Assembly (NCBI GenBank): GCA_963924565.1
Contig: OZ004608.1
Location: 31,992,001-32,056,000, forward strand
Source of the DNA: Ascidiella aspersa
Taxonomy: Eukaryota
Length of the DNA: 64,000 nt
Direction of reading: 5' to 3'
Shown piece after piece: positions 35,884-49,939 of this stretch (position 1 is its first letter; each line of letters opens with the position of its first letter). The translations under genes and the position numbers were made by a program. The notes below the pieces were generated by a model. It saw only the letters and a program-made list of their open reading frames with translations, ran no database searches and had not been told where the DNA came from.

Positions 35884-38800
35884 TCAGTCTTGCTTGCGGC
35901 GGTAGAGCTCGTTGAACTTGCCGTGAAGCGACTTCATGAATTCGACAAAGTCGACTTGGAGCTCGGGAAAGTCGGGGTCATAGGGCGCGATCTCGGCGAA
36001 GCAAACCCTTCCGACCATCGACATCGTGTCTTCGATGGTGCGCAGCAGACAGGCAAGGAACAGAGGCATTGGAAGTTGAAGTCCCATCACGTTAACGGTG
36101 GGCTGGCGAAGGCTGACAGTGGCAGGAGGGTTAAGATCTCGGGTGCTGGTTCCGACGCTGCGTTGAAATTTGCCGTAGAAGCTCGACCAGAAGTCAAAAT
36201 CGTTGTCGCTGCTGTCCTCGAAACTGTCTTGAGTCGTGTCATTTCTGCTGCTGTTGTTGTCGGGGCTGCTTTCGCAATGGTTGCAAAGCGGACAACGCTT
36301 CTTCTTCGTGGCCGCGGTGCTTTCGTGTAGGATAATTTCCTCAGTTAGCGCTTTACACTCCGTCTGGTCAAAAGTGGGCATGGTACCGCGCTGCAGGACT
36401 CTATCGCACACTGGCCGGTCCAAATCGTCCATGTCCAGAAGTCCGGGCAGGGTGATTGGGGCCAGTCGGGCCGCCGGGCGCGGTTCCTCCTCGGCCGGCG
36501 GTTCAACCAGGGACGCGAGGCCCGCCGGCGCCCTGGGAGTCGAGGCCACCACCTGGCGTGTTCGCACCTCCATAAGCTTGAGTTTGAGCCGAGCGTTTTC
36601 GGCCATCAGCCGCTGGATGTCGCTCTGGTGCTGCGAGTCACGGATTCGAAGCTGGATGACTTCGTCCTGTAGGTGGCGCACGCGAGTGCTTGCCGTTACT
36701 GCAAAGAAAATAACAAAGCACGATAAGTTTGTTGCTTGACGTTTGGAAGGCGGGATTAAATGGAGAGGAAATTTTAGTGCTAATGTCGTAATTTGGAGTT
36801 TGATTAATGTAAATTATTGTTAAACATCAAAAATTGTTTTTTTTTGTGGCCGGTTATCGATTGACATGATTCGGTAACCTGATGATAACGCTAATGAAAT
36901 TTACCTACGTTAATAGGAACCCTTATTTTTGTTTCCACTATAGACTTTTCGAAATAAATAGTATTTTTTGCGGGATTCCAATAAAATTATTTATTTAAAG
37001 CTTTATTTTAAGAAATCTTTTGGCAAGAAATGTAGTATTTTTTCTAACCTAAATTACAATTTAAAATCACCTAATAAGAATATCAAAGCCCATACAGAAG
37101 TAGGCATCAATGTTGAAAATGGATAAAGAATTATTCGAAACGTTCAAAATTCTACTTTCTGCATGGGCTTTGATATTCTTATTACGTCTCACTACAACCT
37201 CCAACCATCATGCTCAAATGTAAAATTATAATTACCGTTTTCGTAGAGTGCCTCGCGCATCAGTTTCTCCTGTCTTCTCTCCAGCAAAGTGAGCGAGCGG
37301 TGGTTCATTCCGATTCGCTCGCGCAATATGCAACTCTCCGTCGCCTCTCTGCGGACGCCCGCTATCACCTCTTCGACCTCGTCATTTTTCGAGGCCACCA
37401 TCTCCTTGGCCTTGCGAAGCCGCTCGACAAGTTCACTCAGCGACCTGAAACGAAGGTAAGAGTTTTTTTCATTGAATTGCAATTTTTGTATCGATTTCTG
37501 GCGGCGCGCGTTAAAAGATCTTAGATCGGTAAACTAGAATAGCAAAAGAAACTAAAAAAAAATAGTTTTGTTTAATTCATAAATTTGAAAGGGTTCGACA
37601 AAAGAAATACTTTAAAAAACATGCTCGTAAAGTTGTAAACTTGCAATTTGTTTTTATCGATTGTGGCGTTGCGCGTTTAAAGATCTTAGATCGGTAAACA
37701 AGAACTGCAGTAGAAACTAAAAAAATAGTTTTTTTTTAATTCATAAATCGGAAAGTTTCGACAAAAGAGAATCTTAAAACAAATTATTCTCGTAAAATTG
37801 TTAACAAAATGTTACGATTTGTTTTTCGCGAACTCAAATGTAAAAGGAAAAAAAATCTTGAAAAAGAATTAACGCAAACGTTTTAAACGTTTGCAAAAGT
37901 ATCTGCAATGAGGATTATTGCAGCGTCACGCTAAAACGTTTGAAAAAAATATTTGTGGTCCTTAATGAATAAATTGGCTGCACCTTGACAAAGCAAACGT
38001 AAGGCAGTGGGCAGATAAACAACAAGTTGAAGAGCTTTTTCGCAGCAGAATCAACAAACTAGGGCGTTTTGACGGACTGGGGACAGTGACACGACTTGGC
38101 AGACAAACAAGACAGTAAACTCCAGCCGAGAACCTACACCTTCAACCAACACGGGCGAAACAATGAACGCGAAAGTACTTCGATAAACAACTACTCTAGG
38201 GGTGATTCCATAAAGTTTTCCATTTAAACAACGGCGCCCAATTTCCCGCGTTCGAGGAGTTTCAAACCGCAACAAAGTACATGCAAAGCGGTAGCGGGGG
38301 GCGACCGACACCTGTGGAGCTGCTGGGCGTTTGTTTATTGAGGTTACGTCACTCACGTGAGGTAGTTGATGACGTGTCGATTGCGCAAGCGCTAATTCGG
38401 TTCCGTCACGTTCGCAGCAAAGCAAATAGCGGAGGTTATTTTTTTCGGAGGCCGTCCTTAAAATGGTGAAACTAATGTTCTAAGCGTGGGTGAACGCGAT
38501 TTGCATGTTTTATAAACGCGGGCGTGGCCGTTAACGCCTTGCGTTGGTTTAAGGCTATGTTATTTTGCGGTTTAAGTCCTTTAGTTCCGTCAAATGCGAA
38601 AATAATTTGCGTGACGTTGCTAGCGTTGATTGCACCTAAACTTGTAAAACGAAACTAACTGAGATAAAAAGGTGCATTTCGGAGTTTAAAATAACCTTCT
38701 AAATACGCCTCATTGAAGCATTAACACAGCTTTCGCTTTCTTTTGAAAAAAATCTCATACTTTAACCATGTTTTGTGCCTAATAAGGCAGTTAACCACTT

Positions 38801-41800
38801 GTCCGAGTTTTGTTTAGCAAACATGGTCGTTGAAACCGTTTTTTTTATGCTAATAAGTTTTGTGGCCATGTTAAATAGCCAATCGGTTACCATATACACC
38901 AGTTGATGCAAACACACCAATCACCTCCGAAAGGGTTGCGAAATTTTGCGAGCGCTATACCGCAGAGCGCGTCGAAGCTAAGTCAACACAAACGCAGGCG
39001 CCTGATTCGCTGTGACGTCATCAGTGTTGCCCGGTAACCGGTGGCGGGTGCCAGGGGTCCTCGGGCCAAGGTTCAATGTGCGGGCTTGTAGAACGAACTT
39101 GCTCTTGACATGTGTCACGTATTCTGTGCGAATCTTTGATCAGACGCGCGGTCAAAAACAAACTCAATGCCGATTTGCGAAACTTCTAGCGCGCTAATAA
39201 ACCAAGTACAAAGGCAACTCACTGTTGCAGGTGATTATCGGGGTTCAAAGGAAGGTATTTTAGAAAATTAAGCGCTGACCGAGACGTTCCAATTAATAGT
39301 TAGGCCCTATAGGTATTAATTTGTCGTCTATGGTTGTGTTAAATGTTTATCTGATCTATGTCGGTCTTCGCATTTGTCTTATTTAAAAGCTTTAATTAGA
39401 ATAGGAATTTTTACCGCTCGACGCTTGTCAATATAAAAATAGAATTTTCCTTTCATGTGCGCCACCTGAATTTTAAAAGGTAGGCTGGCCATTTTGACTA
39501 TAATAAATTTAGGAAGAAAGCGTTTTATAAAAGAATAAAAATATATTCGAAACGTTCAATTTTGGCTTTGTTATTCTTCCAACGTATATCTAAAATCTCC
39601 ATGAAAATTGTAACTGTCACTCTAATTAGGTGAAAAGAATGAGTTAAAAAGCCAAATAAAAAAACGGCCGCTTAAAGGAAGGCGTGGTCATTTCGTTCAA
39701 GAGTTTCTCGCTTCACAACATGAAACATTTATCGATTAAGTACGGCGGGGTTACTCGGCCACGGATCGAAACATCATCGACTGTATTATCGAACGAACGA
39801 TAACGCGGCACAGTTTTGAAAAATTGCGGCGCTCGTCACGATTTAGACATAAAAACTTATATAGCGCCGCGAATGACGCAAATCAACCAATTGGGCCGTG
39901 CAGCCAAAAAGATAGACGATTGTCACCGTTTTTTTTGCCATTTGTTTGTCTCGCTCGATATAATATTTTTATAATTTTTTTGATGAATTCGTGGACATCT
40001 CCCTGATTTTGCGTTGTTTGTCTACCCCCTAAAACTAAAAATCGTAAAAAAAACAAGCTAAAATCGTGAAAAGCATCCAGGTACATGCTCTGTTTCTAGA
40101 CAGACTTCAAGCATTTTAGTGCGCAAATCTTACACATACTTCAACAGAAGGAGCTATAGTTTTATGAACAATTCGAGACCCTCGCCCTGATTTTACGCAC
40201 TTTTCTAAACCCTAATCATAATTAAATGCGACAAAAAAACGGGAAATGGTAAAAGGGATCCAAGCAAGTGTTCTGGTTTGTTTACAGACTTTTAACATTT
40301 TAGTGTGCAAAATTAATGTTCACATCGCCATTTTAACCAAAAGAACTAATTACCGAAAAAACGCCAATACTTAAAAGGGGTTTATAAGCGTCCCGGCATC
40401 TTACCTAAAAAACTGATTTTAAGCAGTTTTTCTACCGCATATTCATAAAAAGGAGAAATGGTAAAAATAACCCAAGTAAGTTCTCTAGTTTCTTAATATA
40501 CCTTAAGCATTTAAAAGCATTTAACATCTAGTTGACAATTCCATTTTTAACAAAAAAAGCTATTTACAAGCAAAATATCAAAAATGCCAAAGCTCACAAA
40601 TGTCCCGGCCTATCACCTAAAAAACTACTTACGGGTCGCGGTCGTCGCCGATCTCGGTCGCCTCCGACGCCACCGAGTTGACCTCGAAGTATTCCTCCTC
40701 GTCACGGGTGACGTCATCGCCGCCGCCGGTCAGAATCGTGTCGTCACCGCAGTCGAACACGCCGCTCGTCATCAGCGACGAGTCGCAGTGTCCAGAGTCG
40801 TCGTGAGTCCGTTTCAGGTCGCCGAGACAATAGTCAACAGTGGAGATTGCTTTGTGACAGGAGGAGGCTGGTTCTGGCTCTTCCGGAATCTGTTCCGGGA
40901 AGAGGGGGTCTTCTATGTCCGAGAGGAAGGAGTCGTCGAATTGTGGGTCGCCGCGAAGGTCCTTGTATTCTTCGCGCCATCTTCCTAGCGACTGCTGCGA
41001 TTTAGCGATGTTGCGATGAAGCACTTTAAAAAAATAGTTTTTTTAAGTTGTTTTGATGTCTTGGGCTTTTAGGGGGTTGTTTGCAGTGAACACTGAGTTG
41101 TTCTCGGTTTTTGCCGGTTAACGTTCCACACATATGATGTTCTTTGGCTATTTCAGGACACCACTCGCGTTTTTTTGTGATGCTTACGCAATTTGGATAG
41201 GTTTAATCTGTTTAAAGTGTTCTAACTTTTAACATCCATGCACAAAAGATAATGCTTTTAAAGGCCTTTTTACAGTCAAATTTTATTTGTTAAATGTTCA
41301 GCTTATACTGAAATGCGTGTCTTGAATCAAGTTGATTTGTGTTCTGCTCTAAATTTACTGTTAACTGTAATGTCACGACCATACAAAGAAACCAGGCAAT
41401 GACTTTCGGTCATGAAACACAGTTCAATACAACGCTAGTTTTGAGTGATTAAATTCTACAGACTGAAACGGAATTCGCCAATGGGTAAATTGGCCCCATT
41501 TGCGGCGAATTTGTACCAATTACAGTCACCAGCACGAGGATTTGTTCCTCTCTAGCAAATATGCCGAAAACCTGACGTGCTCGTTGCTGTTTTCAAATAG
41601 CAGGAAGCGCAGAAACGTGGCATGGCCGTGTTTTAACAAACGGCTGTCGTGTTGTTTTGATGTCACAGACACGTCGGACACATGCAAAAGCGATGGTGTA
41701 TCGCACTGTAGACAGCACTGACAGCATGCCACAACACGCTAAATGCATTTTTTATGCTGACAGAGCGCGACAGTGTTTAACAGAGCACCTTTAATCGCCG

Positions 41801-42781
41801 TGAACGTTCGCGCCTAATCGTTTTACCACATAAAAGCGAAGAGTCTCGGCATTTACTCAACAATACACACGTTTGACCTTGCGACCAAGTAAATCAAGCA
41901 AGGCTAAAAGCGAATCTAAATGAGGGGCAGACGAATTTTTTTATTCTGAAAACGGCAAGGATCCACCATCACAAGCCGGATATAATTTTTTTTTTACCTT
42001 GATTATTTTAAACAAGTTAGGTATAAATTGTTGTTTAGTACAACTGTATTGAGCTTCATGAAGTTGTGGTTTAGTTTAAAACTCCATCTAAACTCAACTT
42101 GGATTTTCATCTTACAACATTTTAACAGTATTTTATCTTCTTAAAAATTTTCGTTGGCCTGAAGAACTAACAGCATCTGGCCCGTTGGCTGTAGTTTGGT
42201 GACCGCTAACTTAAACCTATATGGCTAAATTTCTCATGCACCTAGCCAGTAACTGTGGGAAGGAGGTAATAAATATACGCCAGAGTTCGACGCATACCCA
42301 CCGACGCAGAAACTATTCGCGTCGGAGGTTACCGTTTGCCGATGATTTGCGTTTCCCACCGTAAACGAAGCGTCCAATTTCACCGCGGGCGCGCGCCTAG
42401 CCAAAGCACGGCCATTAAAATACGCACCTACCTAAATATTTATTATCATTCTGCTACGACGTTGCTTCAAATGCAAATTTTAACCGCTTTGAATCGTTAT
42501 AAGTTGCTATTAAAATTTTCTGAACCCATCTTAAATATTCAGTATTATTCATAAAGTTGCGTCAAAAGCAAAGTCCATTTTCATCGCAATTTGGACTTCA
42601 AACGGAAATTTACACTTCCACGCTAGCAACTGTACGATACGATAATGTCCAGCATCTTACCTTGAAGTACAGAGACGAGGTCACTGTCGTCGGTCAGCAT
42701 TTCAAAGTTAATTTCGGCCACTGCCTCTCTCATATTCAGCACTTGACAGAAATGATGTGATGTTCTTGCGACGGGTATATC
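35884..42781 (-). CDS. Orphan coiled-coil protein, at least about 495 aa; exons 42781-42661, 41023-40633, 37444-37236, 36698-35884 (possible further exon 46066-45972)
   Basis: Four GC-rich exons join in frame through canonical GT-AG introns (phases 1, 2, 1); acidic N-terminal half, about 110-aa heptad region, CPLCNHC motif; first in-frame ATG at 42733. Confidence 0.8.
37072..37183. mobile_element. Short foldback MITE
   Basis: TAATAAGAATATCAAAGCCCATACAGAAGTAG ... CTACTTTCTGCATGGGCTTTGATATTCTTATTA; partial relatives near 5650-5710 and 39530-39580. Confidence 0.7.
37477..37805. repeat. Tandem duplication, 2 x about 163 bp
   Basis: Both units share AAAGATCTTAGATCGGTAAAC...AGAAACTAAAAAAA...TTCGACAAAAGA. 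Confidence 0.85.
40040..40626. repeat. Degenerate tandem repeat, about 3 x 200 bp
   Basis: Recurring ACAGACTT..CATTTTAGTG.GCAAA, GAAATGGTAAAA and GTCCCGGC...ACCTAAAAAACT motifs at about 190-210 bp spacing. Confidence 0.6.
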
Positions 42782-45700
42782 CTTTAGTAAGAAGTTCAAC
42801 CACCAAGTTTTTCGATACTAATTAAACAAGCGAGCTATACTGGCTGAAAGAAACCGCAGGGGTTTAGAAGACTGGTGCTCTTGCAATGTAAGCAGTTTCA
42901 ACAACATTTTGATATTAACTGGTCAAGCCAGCTGGATGCAAGTAACAATAGAGGGTTAGAAGACTACCCAGTGACTCACACACAGCAAAGGGCTACTTCG
43001 TTCGTTCACTTACTCACTCGCACACAATAGCCCGCGTCTAAACTCCACGCAAAACGACCAGGCCGAACTTGTCAAACGAGGAAGTGACGCGACATCACTG
43101 CACAAACGCACACCGCTGGGCTATACTGATTGCTGTTGTGTTCAGCGGTTATTGAAGCTTTCACAGGCCCAGCGCCAGTTCTACGATGGGTCTATATCAG
43201 CGTCAAAGACTGACGGCATCAGCCATCCCGCTGTCAGCGCGCCCGACACACTTCAACTGAGATAAGCCGGCGCTCGTATAGAGGCGACGACGAGTTTTAT
43301 CTCGCGCTCAAGCCAAAGGCCCCCGGGCTGCATATCTCGCACAATCTCGTTTAAGTTTTTTTTTTAACTTTGAACTTTAACAAAAAACTACCGCCTCGGT
43401 ACTTGTCCGACGACCGATTCTCATCAACCAGCTTCCAGGTGCCCGAAATATAACCTTTTCCTATTGCGGATTAATGAGTGGGTGGTTGGTCGACCTGATT
43501 AACGCCCAAACAGCTACATACACAAGCCTTGATCACTGTATAAATGCAGACAGGATGCATGTTGTTTTATAGTTCGACATCGCAGAGCGTATACAGCTTT
43601 AATCTGTTAGATATAGCTCGTCTAATTTTCTTTTAAAAATATTCAATATCCATGCTCGCTTTAGCCAAAGTGTATATTTCATATTTTAAAGATCTTTTAC
43701 TTTAATTGTTGATTTCTTTCCAAGCTAGTTCTAGTACCACAAAATGACAGACTGTACTAAACCTTACTAATATACTGAAAGTACCACACATTGGTCTTTA
43801 ATAGATCACTGGATTGGTGAAACCAAATGGCTGCTAACTGAACCTCAACATTTATCATCCACGTTTTTTTATTAAAACATGTAACTTCTATAACTAAATC
43901 GATGCCTAAAGCTTTATCACTACATCCAGGTTGTTAACTAGGCAGTCCACTAAATCGCCGTCAAAATAGTACAAGAACTAAACCCATTACAAATCACATC
44001 AATAATGTAACTGAATGCTGCCATGACGAAGCTCTACCTTTACAAACGTCAAGTGGTGCTTCTAATTGCCTCTCCGCCGCCGACTGATTCATTCATCCTG
44101 AGTGGCGAACGAGTTTAAATAAGACTCGCAGATCTGGACAAGGGATTAACTGGCGATGTGCCACGCTTCTTTGTTGCTACTGCTGCTGTCTTGTCTCTAG
44201 TGCGAAATCCCATTTGATAACAAGTCAACGGAGAGGTGCACAATTTAAACCGTTCAGTTGCACTGGTGACACGCGCAGACGTAGCGGGAGAGCTTTCACA
44301 CTTTCCCTGCTCGTTGCCTTTTTTCGATCGCGCGTCTAGGCCCTATCCGTCGCGGTCACGTCATCGGTGGGTGACGTCACGAGCGGACTGCGGTGTATTT
44401 TTCGGCGTCCCGAGTCGAAAGTCTTCGCTGTATTTCGGTACGGCTGTTATACACGAGCTCACTGGCGCAATATGAATATTGACGATGTTTTTACCGACGC
44501 ACCCATAAATTATCCTACCTCACCTAGTAATGTGAGTATGTGACGATTAAGTCTGGCATAGCAGTTATAGGCAGCTTTTACTTTTTAGGTAAAGTTTGCC
44601 AACCTTTTTTAACTTGCGGCCTCTTTTTACAAGCATGTTTGTCTTGTTATGACCAACTTTTTCTGAGACTATATTTTGAACACAACAACATCCGCAAAAC
44701 TTAAGTAACACAAAAACAACTTAAAAAGTTTGTGTCCACTGGTTGAGAAGCGCCGTTTAAAGGAACCAACACATTTCCACTGGTTTTATTGGCGACAAAA
44801 CCCTGGTTCGTTACCAAACAAAGAATCCGTTTCCTCCATAAAACCCTTTATTAGGAACTATAAATTCTGGTTTGAAATCACCTGCGTAAGTCGCTTACGA
44901 AATATTTTGTTTCGGTGTTCGTTGCGTGTGTAGTTAGGGGATTTTTCTAAACCGCCAGAAAACGAAATTATTATTCTAGATAGGGTGTGCACGCCCACAA
45001 CGAAAGTGGGCGGAACCTTTTCGCCTTTTCGCCATTCGTGTATTGATTTTGACTGGAAAAATACACTACGCCTACTCTAAAGGTCGCAACCTCAACATCT
45101 GGCAGTGCTAGTGGCGACCCAAAAGGCTCGTGTTTATTTTTGCTATTTGGTCTTTCTGTCTTTAGAAACCGGTTTGGCTACGTCACTATGACGCCACGGC
45201 GCAGAATTTATTCCTTCGAAAACGCTGTGTGCGAAACGGTTACACTTTTCCTGTGTGTGCCTACTGGCGCTAAACAAACGCTCTCGGTCAATCTTTGGAG
45301 CCTCGTGAAACATTAACCACTGATTCCTATTGTAATTCGTGTGATGCAATGCCTTTGTAATAAAGAGCTGGGGGTAGGGGCAGTTCAAGAGCAATCCCAA
45401 CAAAGCGGTTTAGCGTTACTACTTCATCTTTCCGGAAAAGACGCCACGTATTAGACCGGAGTTTGTCTAAAGCTAATTACAGCGTTAAATTGAGGCGAAC
45501 ACTACTGACGTATAAAGGTACACTTTGTACCGGCGACAGCTGATAATATCTTAAAGTTTGCGCAACCTTTCTTTGAGCTACATCCGCGGCGACATAAAAG
45601 AAGAACTCTATTCCGCCATTAGACGCACTTGCCGCCGGATAGAACTTACATTTCTATGAATCACAGCAGTATGCCGATATCCGGTGAGTTCGGACCTTTC

Positions 45701-47062
45701 AATGAAAACTAGCAAGTGCACAGACATCAAACGTAGACGGTCGAGCGTCGCGCAGACTTTAATCTTGACTGGCGTCCCGGCATTGCTATTGTCCACTTGC
45801 ACCGGTCGCGTGTCCGAAACGGAAGGCTGCTGCTGTACACTTGTACCGCGCTGCGGGCTGGCGACCTTGCGGTGCAAGTGTATCGATCTCTCTTCGCAAC
45901 AAAGCTCTAGCAAGCTGTTTCGACTGCCGTGTTCATGAATAGCAGTCTCTATGTGCTGACTGGCCACTTACTTCGTTAAGTCCCCTCGACCAAAGAACTT
46001 TAACCAAATAGGCTTCGATTTGTAATTGGTATTTAATGTCTTGTAATCCGTCTTCGTTCCCCGTTGCTGCAAACCCAACACCGAAAATCTAACGTTGCTG
46101 ACAAATAAATTTCGAATTTTTAAGGTGTTTGCTTTCAACTGAAATAATTAAACCATCCTGTACGTTTATATTGTTTACGTTAAGCTAAGGGAGTTATTAC
46201 AAGAACCCGTCATACAACAATGTAGTGCGTAAGTAAAAACAAATACCCTTAATTGCCATCATGCTGCTTCACTTTTTATAATATTAAGCCATTCCAGCTT
46301 CAGTTCTTGCAACCTTGTAGCCTACACAAAACGCAGTACGCTCAACTGCTGACAGGGTGCACCACAAGAATTTACCGCTAGCTTACAGCGTTGCTTTTAA
46401 ATCTATACCAGTTCGGCTTATCACACGCCCACGATTTTCACCTGAACTGCACGCTTGGCTAGCTGAACGCGAAGGCCGATTCACGCCAAGCGCACATACC
46501 TTTAGCGCTGAACCTTGTCATATAACCAAACCAAATCGGCGCCTATAACAACTAACACTATAATAGAAGGCATTCCTTCGACTGTTAAGTTTGACCGCGT
46601 GCTTCTACCAGGCCGCTTTATCACCAGGCGACCTCGTTTAACTTGCCCCTTGAAACAACAAAAAGGCAGCAGTTCTCTCTCTTTGTTGCTGATGCTATTT
46701 CGTCCGCTCATATGTCATTTCCACTTGCTGCCCCACGGGCCTTGACGGGCCCCGTACAGCCCCAATTACCGCGCTGCCATAATTACGCGTAATTAAAATG
46801 CGGCATTTAAGTCGCGCTGTCGCCGTATGCTGTAAAAACATTGCCGGTCGATCGGCATTGGCGGATTCCTTCTCTGCAGCTTACGAAAACTGCTGTCAGC
46901 AATTTGTCTTCGACGTTTTAGCGAGGATTATGCTAATTTCGTTGATCGTTTATAAGTCTTGTAATATCCCGATTAACGAGTACGATGGGGCTTGTTTGTC
47001 GGCATTATGCATACGACTGTGGCGTTATGTTAAATTCAGATGCGGCTGGCATCTGTTTAGCG

Positions 47063-48026
47063 CAGTGTTTCTCAACCTTTTTCACCCCAGGGCGCACTTG
47101 TAAACCTTTCAAAACGTTGCGGCGCACCTGACGAGCGAGTCGACTGCTAACTTTGTTTGGATACTTGTTTTTCCTGGCAGTTTTTATTACATTAGGCTCC
47201 CAATTCTATTATCTATAAAGCAGCTTGCGGAGTCGGTTAAAAATAACTCGACTCCAACTCCCGAGTCCTACTCCGGCCAAATGTTTGATTTCGTCAAATT
47301 CCGAGTCCGTCTGCAACCCTACAGCATTTTCCCCCATTTATTAAGGTGGATTTTCAACAATCTCCTCATAGGGGTGTCATATATCTCATCCAACCACAAT
47401 ACATTGCTGGAAAATATCCACCATTGTATTTCGCCTTTTTAATTTGCATTTGGCGGCATTATTAGTTTTAAAATTGGTACTGCGCACGTCGGACTCGGGA
47501 CTCCATCAGTCCGATTTCAGCAAAACAAATCGATTACGGTAAGTCCCAAATATGACTCCCGACTCCACAGCCCTGCTATAAAATGCGATGTGCTCAATAA
47601 GAAATGGCTAAAGAAAAAGAAAATAAATGAAATAGGCCTTTCATATTGTAAATTGTGAAAACACACGGTATGTTAGTTAAAGTTCGATGGAAACACAGAA
47701 TAAGCCCCAAAAGCAACAACATCCAACTCAGGATAAATCCAAAATGTAGCGGAAAAAAACAGGGTATGGGACGATTAAAGGACATATTCTTTGGCATGGT
47801 CTTACTCCGAACTGTTTTTTATGCCGAAGTTGCTGTTGTTTTAATTGCGGTCTTATGGCGGAAGTCCCTCTAGATATGTTGCAATAGTTCCTCTTTCTTT
47901 GTTAGCGAAGAGCCAACATCAACCATTGGGACTTCAATAAGGGCTACGAATCTTTGTAACACTTTTTCCCCATTTTCTCGCGGCGCACCTGGCCACCTTC
48001 CACGGCGCACCGGTTGAGAAACGCTG
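47063..48026. mobile_element. hAT-like MITE (GGCGCAC repeats) carrying a nested element
   Basis: CAGTGTTTCTCAACC ... GGTTGAGAAACGCTG termini. Confidence 0.8.
47221..47575. mobile_element. Nested hAT-like MITE with GACTCC repeats
   Basis: CAGCTTGCGGAGTCGG ... CCGACTCCACAGCCCTG; TSD ctataaag/ctataaaa. Confidence 0.75.
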
Positions 48027-48210
48027 GTTTAAAACATCCTTCTCGCTTCGGCTAAGTTGAAAAATGACTGATTTGCTGACAAGCATATCGTGCTTACCGA
48101 TGTGAAGCAAAACGGTAAAATACTCGCATAGTTTCCTAGTTTAAGGCTGCTTGCTTTAAAATTCTCATAATAATTGAAAATGAATTTTATAGTTTCTCTG
48201 GAGTCTAGAC

Positions 48211-48543
48211 CAGTGTTTTTCAACCAGTGGGATGGTCGCTCTTGTGCGGATACAAAAAATTGTAGTGCGGATGACGAACGTCGTGCGGATGAATGTGCGG
48301 ATAAAAATGGTGCATTTTATTATTTTATATGTGTAATACAGTAATCAAATAAGCTGGTGCGCCCACCTATGCGTTACAGGTACAGTAATATAGTCAAGGC
48401 TTAGGCCCACGGTTTTAATACACAAACCCTTACATTGAAAAAAAAAACGTAAGGTTGTAAACTTACCGTGCTCGTTTCGTGCGGATCAAAATTTTCCGAA
48501 ATAAAAAAGTGCGAATAGAAATTTTAAAGGTTGAAAAGCACTG
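48211..48543. mobile_element. hAT (Charlie-like) MITE with GTGCGGAT repeats
   Basis: CAGTGTTTTTCAACC ... GGTTGAAAAGCACTG; TSD gtctagac/ctctagac (NTCTAGAN target). Confidence 0.85.
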
Positions 48544-49939
48544 CTCTAGACATTTTCCTAAACGATTTAAATAACTAATCTATTGTATAGATTTTCAGTA
48601 GAATCACGTCGTAGATTTTCTACGACAAAGTTATAGCAAACGAATTTGTACCTCTAACCTCAATAGAAATCTAAATTAAACATTGGAATGCCATAAATCC
48701 TTGAAATAGCTCGTAAACATAATACCGTATTGCAAACCAGTTAAGCAATTTGTAACTCATTCTACACTTTCCAAGATATGTTCCAAAAAGTTGATTAGTT
48801 TACACAGCTTTTCTATATAAAGCGTCCTAAACACCGTCAGGTGAGACCTGCAAAAGCTTGCACAAACTGTACCCTTTAAAACTGCACTTCGAAATACATG
48901 TAATCGCGCGATAGAGAATAAATGTATTGGTTCATGAATAAATAAAATCGGCAGGAGGAACAGACGAAGGGCGAGAGAAGCACGACGTGATACGTCATTA
49001 AACGGTGGCGCTCAGGAAAAATTGGCGTGACACCATTCGCAAATTTCCAAAAAAACGAAGTGAACTGTGGAAGATCGTATTGCAATTGTGATGAACTTTT
49101 AGGATATGTACGCGTAGGAAAATCACTTCACGTCGCAAACAGGGCAGAAAATTGATGCACTTCTTGTGACTTAAAGAGTTAACTGGATTAAACCAACATG
49201 TAAAGCAATAACGGATAGAGCACTGATTCTTAAAATGTAATTTTCTCGAAGAGAATTTTCTTCTTGAGAAGAACTGGATAGAATTCAATTCCCTCTATCA
49301 AGTAAAGAGTTATGCCGTGCAATAAAAGAAAAATGTCGTAAAGTTTGCATTTTAAACGTACACAATTTAAATTATTATGGAAGACCAATGAAACTTGTGT
49401 TCTGCCAAACGGTAAAATATACCATCTCTTATCATTAGAAAATTAACCCTACATGTATAGTCAAATAACCATCCAAGGGGGTTAATTACACACTCTTACA
49501 GAAACCACAGAACTTGAGTGTATACTCAACGCCAAGAAAATACATCTTGGTCCTTATAATGACGCCAGCGCCTTCGCAGTCATTGTGCTGCTTGCGCACT
49601 TTCGGGCAAAGGGCGCCAAGAATACCACAGGTACACCGGCCTTATCAGCAGCGCTCAGTCGGCGTCTGGCAATTACTTCGCCGCCGGCTTCCAACCGCAG
49701 CGCCTCGCCTTTTCACTGGGGAATAGTTCACCTTGGCCCAAGACGAAGGTGTGACCGCGATTAGGCTGCAGCTCTCTGAAACCATTCTTGAATTAGACTG
49801 CAGCTTTATTCGAGTCACAGCCTGGGGTTTATTTATCGTGGGTTTATGTACATTTGTCCCAGGGATCACGAACGTCTTCTCTTCGTTGTTAGGTGACACA
49901 TTGCCGGTATTTGTGGAGGCAATCCAAATTAAACGCTTG

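Noticed and set aside
35690-35886. Selenocysteine read-through (two in-frame UGAs) with a SECIS
   Set aside because: The AUGA-AAA-GA spacing is far too short for a SECIS helix II, and the extension is short and featureless.
38340-44400. Individual CRE (TGACGTCA) sites as specific enhancers
   Set aside because: The same word occurs repeatedly inside coding exons and repeats in this window, so single hits are uninformative.
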